DNA of 55,089 nt from an uncultured virus (IMG/VR IMGVR_UViG_3300021091_000023) (IMGVR_UViG_3300021091_000023); one strand, 5' to 3'; positions 11,767 to 22,428 are shown, counted from the stretch's first letter. Translations and numbers: made by a program. Notes: generated by a model not told the origin, from the letters alone.

Positions 11767-13008
11767 ATGAATACAATATTTATTCAAATCGCGTCATATA
11801 GAGATCCGGAACTTTTACCAACAATAAGATCTTGCTTAGAAAACGCCAAATACCCACAAAATTTGACATTCGGTATTGCAAGACAATTTCACCCAAATGA
11901 TAAATTTGATAATCTTACTGAATATGAAATCGATGATAGATTCACCATATTAAATATACCGCACCGAGAATCAAAAGGTGTTTGTTGGGCACGTAATCAA
12001 GTACAACAATTATATAAAGGAGAAGAGTATACCCTACAAATTGATTCTCATATGAGGTTTGAAAAATATTGGGATGAAACTTTAATTGATATGATAAAAC
12101 AATTACAAGAATTAGGAATACCAAAACCTTTATTAACGGGGTATGTTTCATCATATAATCCAAATAATGATCCACATGGAAGAGTAAGAGTGCCTTGGAG
12201 AATGGCGTTTGATAAATTTATACCTGAAGGTGCTGTCTTTTTTTTACCTGAAGCAATCCCTGATTGGCAAAATATAGACCTACCAATACCATCAAGATTT
12301 TATTCTGCACATTTTTGTTTCACATTAGGACAATTTTCAAAAGAAGTACAACACAATCCTGATTTTTATTTCCATGGAGAAGAAATATCAATTACAGTTA
12401 GAGCGTTTACGCAAGGATATGATTTATTTCATCCACATAGAGTTGTTTTATGGCATGAATACACAAGAAATGGTAGAGTTAAACAGTGGGATGATGATAA
12501 AGAATGGTGGAAGTTAAATGAAAACGCACATTTATTGAATAGAAAACTATTTGGTATGGATGGTGAAACACAAGAAGGACATTATGGAAAATATGGTTTA
12601 GGTAACGTAAGAACTTTAAGAGATTATGAAAAATATGCTGGACTATTATTTGAAAAAAGAGCAGTACAAGAGTACACATTAAATAAAAATTACCCACCAA
12701 ACCCTGAGTACGATACAGAAAAAGAATGGTTAGAAAGTTTTACAAGAAATTTTGATTATTGTATTAATTTAGATGTCGATGAACTTAAAGAACCTGACTA
12801 TGATTTTTGGGCGGTAACTTTTCACAATCAAACAGGAAGTGAAATACATAGAAAAGATTGTACGGAAGATGAAATAAAAAATTATCTAAATAACGGTTTT
12901 GTAAATATATGTAGAAATTTTTTAGTGACAGAAACACCAAAATCATGGTCTGTTTGGGTACATTCTAAAACAAAAGAATGGATAAAACAATATACGGGTA
13001 ATGTATGA
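11767..13008 (+). CDS. GT60-like (Skp1/Gnt1-type) polypeptide N-acetylglucosaminyltransferase
   Basis: TIFIQIASYRDPE, SKGVCWAR, LQIDSHMRF (DxH), FHGEEI and LWHEY motifs typical of the GlcNAc-transferase family. Confidence 0.8.
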   Translation: MNTIFIQIASYRDPELLPTIRSCLENAKYPQNLTFGIARQFHPNDKFDNLTEYEIDDRFTILNIPHRESKGVCWARNQVQQLYKGEEYTLQIDSHMRFEKYWDETLIDMIKQLQELGIPKPLLTGYVSSYNPNNDPHGRVRVPWRMAFDKFIPEGAVFFLPEAIPDWQNIDLPIPSRFYSAHFCFTLGQFSKEVQHNPDFYFHGEEISITVRAFTQGYDLFHPHRVVLWHEYTRNGRVKQWDDDKEWWKLNENAHLLNRKLFGMDGETQEGHYGKYGLGNVRTLRDYEKYAGLLFEKRAVQEYTLNKNYPPNPEYDTEKEWLESFTRNFDYCINLDVDELKEPDYDFWAVTFHNQTGSEIHRKDCTEDEIKNYLNNGFVNICRNFLVTETPKSWSVWVHSKTKEWIKQYTGNV

Positions 13009-13787
13009 TAAAAAGGTCAGTGATTGTAACCGCTTTATTTGATATCGGAAGAGATAAATGGAATAATTATAATCAATCATATAATACTTATTTATTTTGG
13101 ATGGATAATATTTTGAATGTCGATTCTGATTTTATTATTTATACTGAACAAAAGTTTTTAGATAGGATAATAGAAAGTAGAAAAAAAATAGATAAAGATT
13201 TATCTAGAACTAAAATAATTATACAAAATTTTGAAGATCTTAATTCTTATAAAAAATTCCATCGAAAAATAGTAAACTTAATGTCATCAGAAGAGTTTAA
13301 AAAAAAAATACACTTCCAAGTTCCAGAAATGTTGTATGCAGAATATAATACTATAATATTTAACAAGTTTTATTTTATTAAAAATGCAATAGAAGAAAGT
13401 GATTATGATTTTTATGTTTGGTGTGATGCTGGATTATTGAGAGACAATAGTAAACAAGGTAAAATTTTTCCAAAAATTGAAAAATTAGAAGAAGATTATT
13501 TAAATAAAATAACGTTTTTCAGTCACGATACAAATTTTAAAATAACAAACAGAGAATTACATTTACTATCACAATATAGGTATATACACGGAGGTTGTTT
13601 TTTCGTTCCAAAAAAATCGAACATTAATTTTTTAATAAATTATTTTGAAACCTTATTACAAAAATATTTTGATTTTGGATACGTTGGTAGCGAAGAAAAG
13701 TATTTTGATTTTTGTTATGAAGACAATAAAGATGAATTTAACATAGTTAAATCAGATTGGAGGCAATATTTTGAACTATTCGGATAA
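13005..13787 (+). CDS. HtrL/YibB (WlaTC)-like glycosyltransferase
   Basis: IVTALFDIGR, KFYFIKNAI, WCDAG, IHGGCF and GSEE motifs; ATGA overlap with the upstream GT. Confidence 0.7.
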   Translation: MIKRSVIVTALFDIGRDKWNNYNQSYNTYLFWMDNILNVDSDFIIYTEQKFLDRIIESRKKIDKDLSRTKIIIQNFEDLNSYKKFHRKIVNLMSSEEFKKKIHFQVPEMLYAEYNTIIFNKFYFIKNAIEESDYDFYVWCDAGLLRDNSKQGKIFPKIEKLEEDYLNKITFFSHDTNFKITNRELHLLSQYRYIHGGCFFVPKKSNINFLINYFETLLQKYFDFGYVGSEEKYFDFCYEDNKDEFNIVKSDWRQYFELFG

Positions 13788-13816
13788 AATACACTTCAAT
13801 AAAATGAACTTGTGAT

Positions 13817-13823
13817 TATTTAT
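13817..13823 (+). promoter_or_regulatory. putative late promoter TATTTAT
   Basis: Intergenic motif upstream of ATG 13844. Confidence 0.5.
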
Positions 13824-13843
13824 ATAATAAAGTCTAATTTTTA

Positions 13844-15472
13844 ATGGCAAATTTAAGATTCGAGGGTTGTTGTTATGAAGGTTATCAATATGTAACTGAT
13901 GATGCTACTTGGAACGCAACTGGAGCAACAACCGCATTAACCACAACATATCATTTTTCGGGTGATGCGGTTGTTCCTGATGGTTGTTATACTATTGTAT
14001 CCGCATTTACTTCTGGTTTTAGTGCAACTACTTTCACAACATATAACGGAGTATATACAATACAGTCCGATTGCTCAACAATTTTATGTGATACAGGTCA
14101 TTGTTGTAGTAATGAAATATGTGTTAATATTTCTTTTGACAGTTATTCTGGCTTCAATGGTAACTATATTGTTTCAGGTAACTTTAATAGTTATCCTTTT
14201 TGGACAGGCGGTACAAGTGGATCAACTATCTATTTCAATAACACTAATTGGTGCCTTTCAACAGGACTGACATCTACTTGTGTTTTTTTTGGCAATAATC
14301 CTACTTTCGATTTATGTCCCGATTTTGATATTACCGTCGCAACAAGTGGCACTTGTGTACCAACACCAACACCATACGACCCATGTTCAATATTAGATTT
14401 TGATGTTCTAACTCTCTGTGATATACCAACACCAACACCTACAGCGTCACCAACACCCACGCCTACCCCAACACCCACCCCAACACCTACAATTGGTCCT
14501 TGTGCAACATACACCGTTGGCATATCTTTTAGCGGGTATACCCCACCACCTACACCAACTCCAACACCATCACCTACTCCTACGCCAATAATATATCCAT
14601 ATAATATAAATTCTGGAGTTACTTATGTTATTGATAGTGGAAATTTTGTCTGTGTTAATAGTAAAATACTTGAAGATTGTAATAGCAATGACATTTATAG
14701 TGTATTAGGTCCTTTGTTATTCTCTGGTAATACAATAATCACTGGAACAACATTCTTTGCATTCATTAATGGAGAATACAAATGTTTGAAATACATTGAA
14801 GACGATAATGGTAGTCCAATTGATTATTTAAGTGACATATTTTCAACAGCAAGTACTTGTTCAACCTGTGTTCTTGTTACACCAACACCTACACCAACGC
14901 CTACACCGAGCCCAACACCGACACCTACACCTAGTCCAACACCTGCACCTACATACCCTATTAATACTAACTTTGTTTTCACATCATGCACAAATAATAC
15001 AATGATAATACAATACAGTATACCTCCTTATAACATATCTAACGGTTCTATCTTAAAAGATTTGTCAGGTAATTGTTATTCATATGTTGGGTATTTCACT
15101 AACTATACACCACCTTCGGGATATATGTGGTCAGTGATTGAAACTTTTACAGGAACAAGCGCAACAACATACACGAATTGCTTGACTTGTCTTACACCAA
15201 CACCAACACCTGGACCTTCATATAAGGTTTGGTCAGGAAAGGGTGAATTTACAGTATCTTGTCCTACTTGTGATTTAGTAAATGGTGGTAGTGATATAAC
15301 TTTCTACACGTCTTCAGGCGTGACATCAATAAATGAAAATGTTTATGTTTATGAAGATAGTTCTTTAACTATACCTTTGTTTACATCATATATAAAATAT
15401 TCGAATAAAATTTACTCAGTCAACCAACAAGGAAAACTTACAGAATTTTGTTCAGTAAATGGAAATTGTTAA
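13844..15472 (+). CDS. Cys-rich, mucin-like virion protein with several Pro/Thr linkers
   Basis: Five PTPT tracts separate small CxxC-bounded domains. Confidence 0.7.
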   Translation: MANLRFEGCCYEGYQYVTDDATWNATGATTALTTTYHFSGDAVVPDGCYTIVSAFTSGFSATTFTTYNGVYTIQSDCSTILCDTGHCCSNEICVNISFDSYSGFNGNYIVSGNFNSYPFWTGGTSGSTIYFNNTNWCLSTGLTSTCVFFGNNPTFDLCPDFDITVATSGTCVPTPTPYDPCSILDFDVLTLCDIPTPTPTASPTPTPTPTPTPTPTIGPCATYTVGISFSGYTPPPTPTPTPSPTPTPIIYPYNINSGVTYVIDSGNFVCVNSKILEDCNSNDIYSVLGPLLFSGNTIITGTTFFAFINGEYKCLKYIEDDNGSPIDYLSDIFSTASTCSTCVLVTPTPTPTPTPSPTPTPTPSPTPAPTYPINTNFVFTSCTNNTMIIQYSIPPYNISNGSILKDLSGNCYSYVGYFTNYTPPSGYMWSVIETFTGTSATTYTNCLTCLTPTPTPGPSYKVWSGKGEFTVSCPTCDLVNGGSDITFYTSSGVTSINENVYVYEDSSLTIPLFTSYIKYSNKIYSVNQQGKLTEFCSVNGNC

Positions 15473-15477
15473 AAAAT

Positions 15478-15693
15478 ATGGCAACATTAGTATCATTAAC
15501 AGCAACAACAGGGACTCTTCCATTAGATATTTGGATTTGTGATTCGTGTTTGAGCACTGCGACTTGTGTTTATTACGACACAACAAATGCTTTACCATAT
15601 TCTTTTACATTACCTGAAGAATATGAAAATAACGCAGTTTATGCGATAAGAGTTATTGACAATAATAGTTGTGAATACTGTATAGAAAATTAA
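15478..15693 (+). CDS. small Cys-containing Ig-like structural module
   Basis: ATG 15478 follows the upstream stop; paralog of 9703 and of the 10009 N-terminus. Confidence 0.65.
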   Translation: MATLVSLTATTGTLPLDIWICDSCLSTATCVYYDTTNALPYSFTLPEEYENNAVYAIRVIDNNSCEYCIEN

Positions 15694-15697
15694 TATT

Positions 15698-17320
15698 ATG
15701 TCAATTTATAGTGGTAACAGTTGTAATATAATAACATTATTTCCAATGAGCGTTCAATGTTCGGTTGTAAATGCTTATTCACCTGAAACAAATGATGGAG
15801 GGGTTTATTTAATTATTACTGGGGGAACTCCACCGTATAGTATTTCTTGGACAAACGGATCGCAAAGTCAAAACTTAATCGGTGTTGGTGCGGGTGAATA
15901 CACCGCAACAGTAACCGATTATTATAACGATTTTAGTGCTACAACAACTTGTATAGTGGGAACCAATAGTTTTTATTTAGAAGAGTTTTTCAGTTGTGTG
16001 GAACCCACAAATAAATTATATTATTTAGCCAATTTAAATTTTTTATACCCAACAGGCGATACGTTTACAATTACATCACAATCGGGATGTTGGGTAAGTA
16101 ATGGTTTAACACTATATTCAGGTCAAAGTTATTACAATTATAGTGCAACCACAACATCAGGACCATTTGAAGACTGTACTGAATGTTTACCTATTACTCC
16201 TGAGTTTGAAAATACTTCAGGTTTATGTTTGAATACCGTTGGTTTTACTATTGTCGGATTTCAAGTAACTTCACAATTAACCCAATATCAATTCTTTTCT
16301 GCGGGAACATATAACGGATACCCAAGTTGGACATCATCAACACCTAGTCAAAAAATTTATTTCAATTCTGCAACTAATAATTGGAACGTATCTGGATGGA
16401 CATTAACCGGCGTTCCGGTACTTGGACAACAAATTTCACCACCAATAGGCATATGGACGGTAAACGGAGGTAATAGAACTGTAAACGTAACACAAGGTAA
16501 TTGTGGGACAAACATAATAGCAAACATACAAAAAACAAACCCAACTTGTAATTTATCAACAGATGGTACAATAATAGTAAATAACGTTGCTGGAGGAACT
16601 TCACCATACACATATTCACTCAATAATATAACGTATCAAAACTCTAATATTTTTAATAACCTATCAACAGGTAATTACACAATTTATGTTAAAGACGTTA
16701 TTGGGAATATCTCAACATTTGGTGCGGTCTTAACACCTCAACAATCAACAACAACATACCAAGTAGATTTAAGTTTTGTTCCAAGTAGTCCAACATCAAT
16801 AAGTACGACAAATAGTGTTCAAAAAACCGCTAATTGGGTTATTAGTGTTACTCCACCGTTACCGACTAACAGAGTGGTTAATATGACTATTTATAACACT
16901 ACATCTATGTCTGCGGGGACCGCAAGTAACGGATCACCAACTTTAACATATTCTAACGTTACTGGAACTACTGGAACTGCACAATTTTTAACTTCTAACA
17001 TACAAACAACAACAAATAGTTATCCAAATATAGTTGCTTGTCACCCTAATTTTTATACCACAGGTATAACAAGAACATACACCGTTAGTATTTCAGGTAC
17101 AGGGACTGTTACAGGTACAATTTTTCAAAAAGTACAAGTGGTAAATTCGGGGCAAGGTTGTGTTACAAAAGGAACAATTGGTGATACTATTTCTATCGGA
17201 AATATCGTGTTATTAAATCAACAAACTTGCGAAACTATAAGTAACAATGTGACACCGATAACAGTTTCGGTAAATAAAGAAGGTAGTTTAGCATTTTCAC
17301 AAAATAATCAAACAGGATAA
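15698..17320 (+). CDS. SprB-repeat-containing virion protein
   Basis: ITGGTPPYSISWTNG...GEYTATVTD and AGGTSPYTYSL...GNYTIYVKD repeats. Confidence 0.7.
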   Translation: MSIYSGNSCNIITLFPMSVQCSVVNAYSPETNDGGVYLIITGGTPPYSISWTNGSQSQNLIGVGAGEYTATVTDYYNDFSATTTCIVGTNSFYLEEFFSCVEPTNKLYYLANLNFLYPTGDTFTITSQSGCWVSNGLTLYSGQSYYNYSATTTSGPFEDCTECLPITPEFENTSGLCLNTVGFTIVGFQVTSQLTQYQFFSAGTYNGYPSWTSSTPSQKIYFNSATNNWNVSGWTLTGVPVLGQQISPPIGIWTVNGGNRTVNVTQGNCGTNIIANIQKTNPTCNLSTDGTIIVNNVAGGTSPYTYSLNNITYQNSNIFNNLSTGNYTIYVKDVIGNISTFGAVLTPQQSTTTYQVDLSFVPSSPTSISTTNSVQKTANWVISVTPPLPTNRVVNMTIYNTTSMSAGTASNGSPTLTYSNVTGTTGTAQFLTSNIQTTTNSYPNIVACHPNFYTTGITRTYTVSISGTGTVTGTIFQKVQVVNSGQGCVTKGTIGDTISIGNIVLLNQQTCETISNNVTPITVSVNKEGSLAFSQNNQTG

Positions 17321-17327
17321 TATTTAT
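17321..17327 (+). promoter_or_regulatory. putative late promoter TATTTAT
   Basis: Occupies the 13-nt gap before ATG 17334. Confidence 0.5.
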
Positions 17328-17333
17328 TAAAAT

Positions 17334-19523
17334 ATGTCATATATAATTAAAGATACTAGCGGAATATTAAATACATTATTAACTGATGCTGCGAGAAAAA
17401 AAATCTCACAAGGTAAATTTAACATCGCATATTTTCAAGTGGGCGACAGCGAAGTTAGTTATAATACAATAAGTGGTCAAAATTACAATAACTTAAATGT
17501 ATTAATGCCACAATATAATGCGGATAATAATACCCCAATACCTGAATTTAATAGGTTGAACGTTAAATACCCATTCTTTGTTGATTCAACTTCAGGTAGT
17601 ACTTTTGGTATTCCTTTCGATTCGTCGTATGTTGATAATATTTATAATTCTGCAGCACCAAGAGGTTTTTTCACAGGAAACACATTATACACAACATCGG
17701 CGTATACTATTAACCCCAATTTTATTATAAATAATAGTGATTTAATGTCTGGCGATACTATTATAGTTTCTGCAAATACAATTGATGCATCGGCATCAGG
17801 AACAGTAACTACAGGTATGTTTGTAACTTTATTTACAAATAACAGCATTAATCCATTAAGTGGTAATTCACCTTCATTTACGTATGTTGTTATTGGTGTC
17901 ACGGGAAATACGTCATCCGCGAGTACGGTGACGATTCAATTAGACAGACAAGTACCTGATTTTTTATCTATGGGATACACTGGCACATCATCAATTGTTT
18001 TTTATCCGGCAAACATGACACAACTTTATGATTCAGTTACTCCTGAACCATTTTGGGCAACTAATGTTTTTAATTTTGAAACAAATTGTGATGTTTCACA
18101 AACAGATGTCAAAGTTTGGAATATGAATATTCCTTGGACTGAATCACCAGCAGGATTATTTGATACAATTAATCAAGATTATAATAATTATTCAGCAGCA
18201 ACTTATGTCGGAACTAAGGAATATTTAGGATATGGAACTAATAATGGACAATTAGATACTGGTTCTGTGTATTTTAACAACTCTTTAAGTGAAAAGATCA
18301 ATTTTAGTCCATCTGATCAAAAGGCAATCGCAATAGTTCATTATACTAATCAATCAATTGATAATTTTTATGGTGAAAAATTCGCACAACAAGAATATGA
18401 TCCATCAAATCCAGGCAATACGGGACAAGCAAGAAACTTTAAAATAGGTTTACCTTGGTTGATGTACCATAAAAATACGACAGGAACAATCGGTGAATAT
18501 TTTTACACAGACCCAACCGGATTTACACCGGATTTGTTTCAAACATTTTATATAAAATCAAAAAGAAGTGCGGATTTTAATAAACCAGGAATCAGATACT
18601 ACAATTTATGGGACACATACGTAACCCCAACAGGTTACCCAAATAGGGTAGGTAAAGTTTTTCCTGATTTAAAAATGGTGGTTTTTGATGATGATGAAAT
18701 AGTTGCAGCAATGAGTAATAAATCTAATAGATCTTGGACATTGCCGGCACCAAAAGTAGGTCAAATAATACCAAACGCGTGTGATGGTGTTTTAGGTCAA
18801 GATGAAGGTGCGGTTAGTGCAGGAACAGAATCAATATTTGTTACTTATAGGTTTAATAATTCGGCATTTACAAATTCATTACACTGTAATTACTATACTA
18901 AATTAACACCAACACAAGTAGATCCAACACAATCAACATATAATATTTTCTTGAAATTTGGAAACGAATTCAAATTTTTAAATTCAGAAAACACAACAAT
19001 ACCATCAGGATATACCGCAAATGAAATGAAAGTATTGGCTCAGATTGTATCAACCGGAACAACTAGACCACAACCCGATGAATGGAGAGAAATTGATGTT
19101 ATGTCCCAATTATCTGCAAGTACAACAAACGGGTTTTTAACGGTTAGTGGACTTACAGGAACAACAATACAGATTACAAAAGATATGTATGACAATGCTC
19201 CAACATATGACCTTTATGACTACATCAACATACCGACACTTAATCAAACGGGGACGACTTTCAATTTTGGAGGAGAATACTATTTTTATGGTACTTTACA
19301 AACAGACATTCAGGCAACAATTTATGTTATGAATTATCTTTGTAATTTAGGACAAACACAGTTTTTAACTTCTTCTAACCCTACTTGGGACGGAACAACA
19401 AAACCATTTATAACCGAAGTTGCTCTTTACAATGAAGATAGAGAACTTATGGTTATTTCTAAGGTACAATCCCCACAAAAAAGACAAGGAATCCAACAGT
19501 ACCCCGTTAAATTAGATTTTTAA
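17334..19523 (+). CDS. putative tail/baseplate structural protein (tail-collar-fibre-like termini)
   Basis: N-terminal LTDAARKKISQG..IAYFQVGD and C-terminal ITEVALYNEDRELMVISK resemble tail-fibre attachment domains. Confidence 0.55.
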   Translation: MSYIIKDTSGILNTLLTDAARKKISQGKFNIAYFQVGDSEVSYNTISGQNYNNLNVLMPQYNADNNTPIPEFNRLNVKYPFFVDSTSGSTFGIPFDSSYVDNIYNSAAPRGFFTGNTLYTTSAYTINPNFIINNSDLMSGDTIIVSANTIDASASGTVTTGMFVTLFTNNSINPLSGNSPSFTYVVIGVTGNTSSASTVTIQLDRQVPDFLSMGYTGTSSIVFYPANMTQLYDSVTPEPFWATNVFNFETNCDVSQTDVKVWNMNIPWTESPAGLFDTINQDYNNYSAATYVGTKEYLGYGTNNGQLDTGSVYFNNSLSEKINFSPSDQKAIAIVHYTNQSIDNFYGEKFAQQEYDPSNPGNTGQARNFKIGLPWLMYHKNTTGTIGEYFYTDPTGFTPDLFQTFYIKSKRSADFNKPGIRYYNLWDTYVTPTGYPNRVGKVFPDLKMVVFDDDEIVAAMSNKSNRSWTLPAPKVGQIIPNACDGVLGQDEGAVSAGTESIFVTYRFNNSAFTNSLHCNYYTKLTPTQVDPTQSTYNIFLKFGNEFKFLNSENTTIPSGYTANEMKVLAQIVSTGTTRPQPDEWREIDVMSQLSASTTNGFLTVSGLTGTTIQITKDMYDNAPTYDLYDYINIPTLNQTGTTFNFGGEYYFYGTLQTDIQATIYVMNYLCNLGQTQFLTSSNPTWDGTTKPFITEVALYNEDRELMVISKVQSPQKRQGIQQYPVKLDF

Positions 19524-19529
19524 AAATTT

Positions 19530-20132
19530 ATGGCAAAAACAGATTTAAAAAACTCACCAAAAGTCTTGGGTTTAGATGTATCAACTCGTACAATAGGTTG
19601 GTCAATATTTGATATTAAATCACAAGAATTATTAGAACTAACACATTTTTCACCAGTTATAAAACCAAAACCCGAAGATAAAATTGAGGAATTGATTTTA
19701 AAGGTGAGAGCGTTTGAAGAAAAATTAGAGGGTTATAGAAATCTAGGAATTACAAAAGTAGTCATTGAAGAACCTTTATTAAATTCAAATAATATATGGA
19801 CAGTAGGAACCTTATTAAGGTATAATTCAATGATTACAAAATCAATATATGATATTTTAGGAATTGTTCCATCATTTATATCAACATATAACTCAAGAAA
19901 ATTTGCATGGCCCGACTTTGTTCAACAAAATGATAAAGGAAAACATGTATTATTTGGAGGACTACCAAAAGACATTGATAAAAAAGAATTAATTTGGAAA
20001 AAGGTTTCAGATAAGGAACCACAAATTACTTGGTTATATACCAAAAATAATACTCTGAAAAAAGAGTGCTATGACATGGCCGATTCATATACTTGTGTAT
20101 TAGGATATATGAAACAAGAAAATATTTGGTAA
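19530..20132 (+). CDS. ruvC: RuvC-like Holliday junction resolvase
   Basis: VLGLDVS..IGW, VVIEE and C-terminal DMADS acidic catalytic motifs. Confidence 0.8.
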   Translation: MAKTDLKNSPKVLGLDVSTRTIGWSIFDIKSQELLELTHFSPVIKPKPEDKIEELILKVRAFEEKLEGYRNLGITKVVIEEPLLNSNNIWTVGTLLRYNSMITKSIYDILGIVPSFISTYNSRKFAWPDFVQQNDKGKHVLFGGLPKDIDKKELIWKKVSDKEPQITWLYTKNNTLKKECYDMADSYTCVLGYMKQENIW

Positions 20133-20157
20133 AATTTGTTTTTTTTTATTTTATTAA

Positions 20158-20169
20158 TATTTATAAATA
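20158..20169 (+). promoter_or_regulatory. putative late promoter (TATTTATAAATA)
   Basis: Same 12-mer as at 3035, upstream of ATG 20182. Confidence 0.55.
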
Positions 20170-20181
20170 AATTAATAGTCT

Positions 20182-21831
20182 ATGAAAAAATTTTTAATTT
20201 CAGAATCAGAAAAAAGAAGAATATTAAACATGCATAATAATTACCGAAATAGACACGAGTCTTGGGTAATTAACGAAGGTTTCAGCGCAAGTCCAGGTGA
20301 TGGTTATGGTGGAGATGTAGAAGCATGTAAAAAAGATTTACCTTACAACGTTGCTGTCAAAACAGGACAAATAAGTTCTTATGCTCAATGGAAACAATTG
20401 AGACAAGATTGGGGTTCTGACGGTTCAATTGCTCAAAATATTAAAATGAGAGACGACATGTGTAATGGGTGGAGATCGGGAGATTCAAATGAAGGTGTTG
20501 ATGGTGATATGGAAATGGATAATGTTAATGGTGACATGGTGGCAGTTAAAAAATCTGAAATAATGAAACTATTAAATGACATAGAAAATGATGATATGTA
20601 TTCGTATGCCGAAGAAGAAGACAAACAAACAATATCGGATGCTAAAAATAAAATCAATACTATAACTTCTGAAAACGTTTGTAGTCAAGAAAATCTAACA
20701 TACTACGATCAAAGTATTAATGAATTAAATGAGAAGAAAGAAAAACCTAATACAAAAACATATGCTCCGAATATATCAAAAAATATGGGAGAAATTGCAA
20801 ATAAATTAGAAGAAATTAAACTTTTTTGTTCATCACAAAAAGAAAATGAATCATCAAGTCCTGAAAATTCAGAAATTGAATATGAAGATGTTGATTTAGG
20901 TGGTAATTCAGAGGAACAAGGAAATTCGGCAATGGAAGACATATTAGTTTCAAAAAAACAAGAAATTAAAGATTTAATTGAAGAAATTGAAAATGATGGA
21001 ATGTATTCAGCTGCCGATCCGGATGATCAAAAACTTGTTGAAGAATCTAAAAACAAAATTGAAACCATAACTTTGGAAAATGTTTGTAGTTCAGAAAACT
21101 TAACGTATTATAATGACAGTATTGCAAAATTAAACGAAACTAGAAAAAAACAAAAAATCAAAATGTTCGCCCCTAACATTGGAAACAACATGGGTAAACT
21201 AGTTGAAAAACTTGAGGAAATAAAAACATTTTGTTCTACTCAAATGACTGAGTCATACATTTCAAGAATAGTAAGAAGAGTTCTTAGAGAACAATATGAA
21301 GAAGAAAAAATGCAAACATTACCGGTGCAAGAAATACCTAGTAATTTACCCAACACTATAAATTCAGATATTGAGGATTTATATAAAAAAAGAGATGAAT
21401 TGAGTCAAGAATTTATTACGTTGGAACGTTCAAGTGGTAGATTAATGGGTAGATTGAAAAACAAAGTAGGTGATAAAATGGGTGAGTTAGAGGATAGTGC
21501 AAAAGAAGAAATTGAAAGAATTAGAGTAAACATATTAATGAAACTTGACGATATTAAAAGAAAATTCCAATACCTAAGATTAGTGGCTAGAAAAAGAAAA
21601 GAGGAAAAGAATAAAAAACAAGATATAGAAAGGTTAGAAAAAGACATTGAAAAATTAGAAAAAAGTATAGATCAAATTAAAAATAAAAAAGTGGTAACCG
21701 CTATAGATTTACAAAACTTAAAAAATATTCTATCAATCAGTGGTATGTATATGACTATGATCGGAAGTATAATCGCAAGATTTATATATATGGCTAAAGA
21801 AGATCAACCAAAACCTTCGTGGAACCAATAG
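20182..21831 (+). CDS. putative internal head protein with a duplicated ~100-aa domain and coiled coil
   Basis: N-terminal ISESEKRRIL tag, two copies of KK.EI..L...IEND.MY...ENVCS.ENLTYY, internal MTESYISRIVRRVLREQ. Confidence 0.6.
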   Translation: MKKFLISESEKRRILNMHNNYRNRHESWVINEGFSASPGDGYGGDVEACKKDLPYNVAVKTGQISSYAQWKQLRQDWGSDGSIAQNIKMRDDMCNGWRSGDSNEGVDGDMEMDNVNGDMVAVKKSEIMKLLNDIENDDMYSYAEEEDKQTISDAKNKINTITSENVCSQENLTYYDQSINELNEKKEKPNTKTYAPNISKNMGEIANKLEEIKLFCSSQKENESSSPENSEIEYEDVDLGGNSEEQGNSAMEDILVSKKQEIKDLIEEIENDGMYSAADPDDQKLVEESKNKIETITLENVCSSENLTYYNDSIAKLNETRKKQKIKMFAPNIGNNMGKLVEKLEEIKTFCSTQMTESYISRIVRRVLREQYEEEKMQTLPVQEIPSNLPNTINSDIEDLYKKRDELSQEFITLERSSGRLMGRLKNKVGDKMGELEDSAKEEIERIRVNILMKLDDIKRKFQYLRLVARKRKEEKNKKQDIERLEKDIEKLEKSIDQIKNKKVVTAIDLQNLKNILSISGMYMTMIGSIIARFIYMAKEDQPKPSWNQ

Positions 21832-21855
21832 ATAATAATATAAATAAGATAACAT

Positions 21856-21882
21856 AACCCACCCCATAAAGGTGGGTTTTTT
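21856..21882 (+). terminator. intrinsic terminator
   Basis: aacccacc-ccataaa-ggtgggtt followed by a T run. Confidence 0.85.
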
Positions 21883-21906
21883 GTTTTGTAAATATTTATA
21901 TAATGT

Positions 21907-22428
21907 ATGTGTAAAGTATGTATAATTTGTAAAATTGAAAAACCATTAACAGAATTTCATAAACATAAAAGAAGAAAAGATGGTTATAGGGAACAGTGCA
22001 AAATATGTAGATCTAATAATTTTAAAGAAAATTACGAAGATATAAAAATAGAACATAGGAAAAGGGCCAAAACTTTTAGAGAAAATAATAAAGATTATTT
22101 AAAAGAATTTTATAAAAACTATTATAAAAAAAACAAACATGTCCATTCTTGGAGGACTTTACTTTATCGGACAATAAAACATTTAAAGATTTAAAAAAAA
22201 AATCACACAATAAATATTTTGGGGTATAGTGCGGAAGATCTTAAACAACATTTAGAAAAAAACTTTAAAGAAGGGATGTCTTGGGAAAACTACGGTTTAT
22301 GGCATATAGACCATATAAAACCAATATCTTCATTTGATAAAGAAGAAGACCCAAAAATAATTAATTCATTAAAAAATTTACAACCTTTGTGGGCATCAGA
22401 AAATTACATAAAAAGTAATAAGTTTTGA
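21907..22428 (+). pseudogene. HNH/endonuclease VII-like homing endonuclease interrupted by an in-frame TAA
   Basis: The Zn-finger part (CIIC..CKIC) and the GMSWENYG.WHIDH..P...NLQPLW..EN part are in the same frame, separated only by TAA at 22192-22194. Confidence 0.8.

Noticed and set aside
6948..17320. Eukaryotic giant virus or bacterial chromosome origin
   Set aside because: The bacterial sigma factor and promoters, coupled operons, baseplate-like genes and lack of housekeeping operons indicate a bacteriophage.
19530..20132. TnpB/Cas12 RuvC
   Set aside because: Only 200 aa, no zinc ribbon or transposon ends; fits a stand-alone resolvase.
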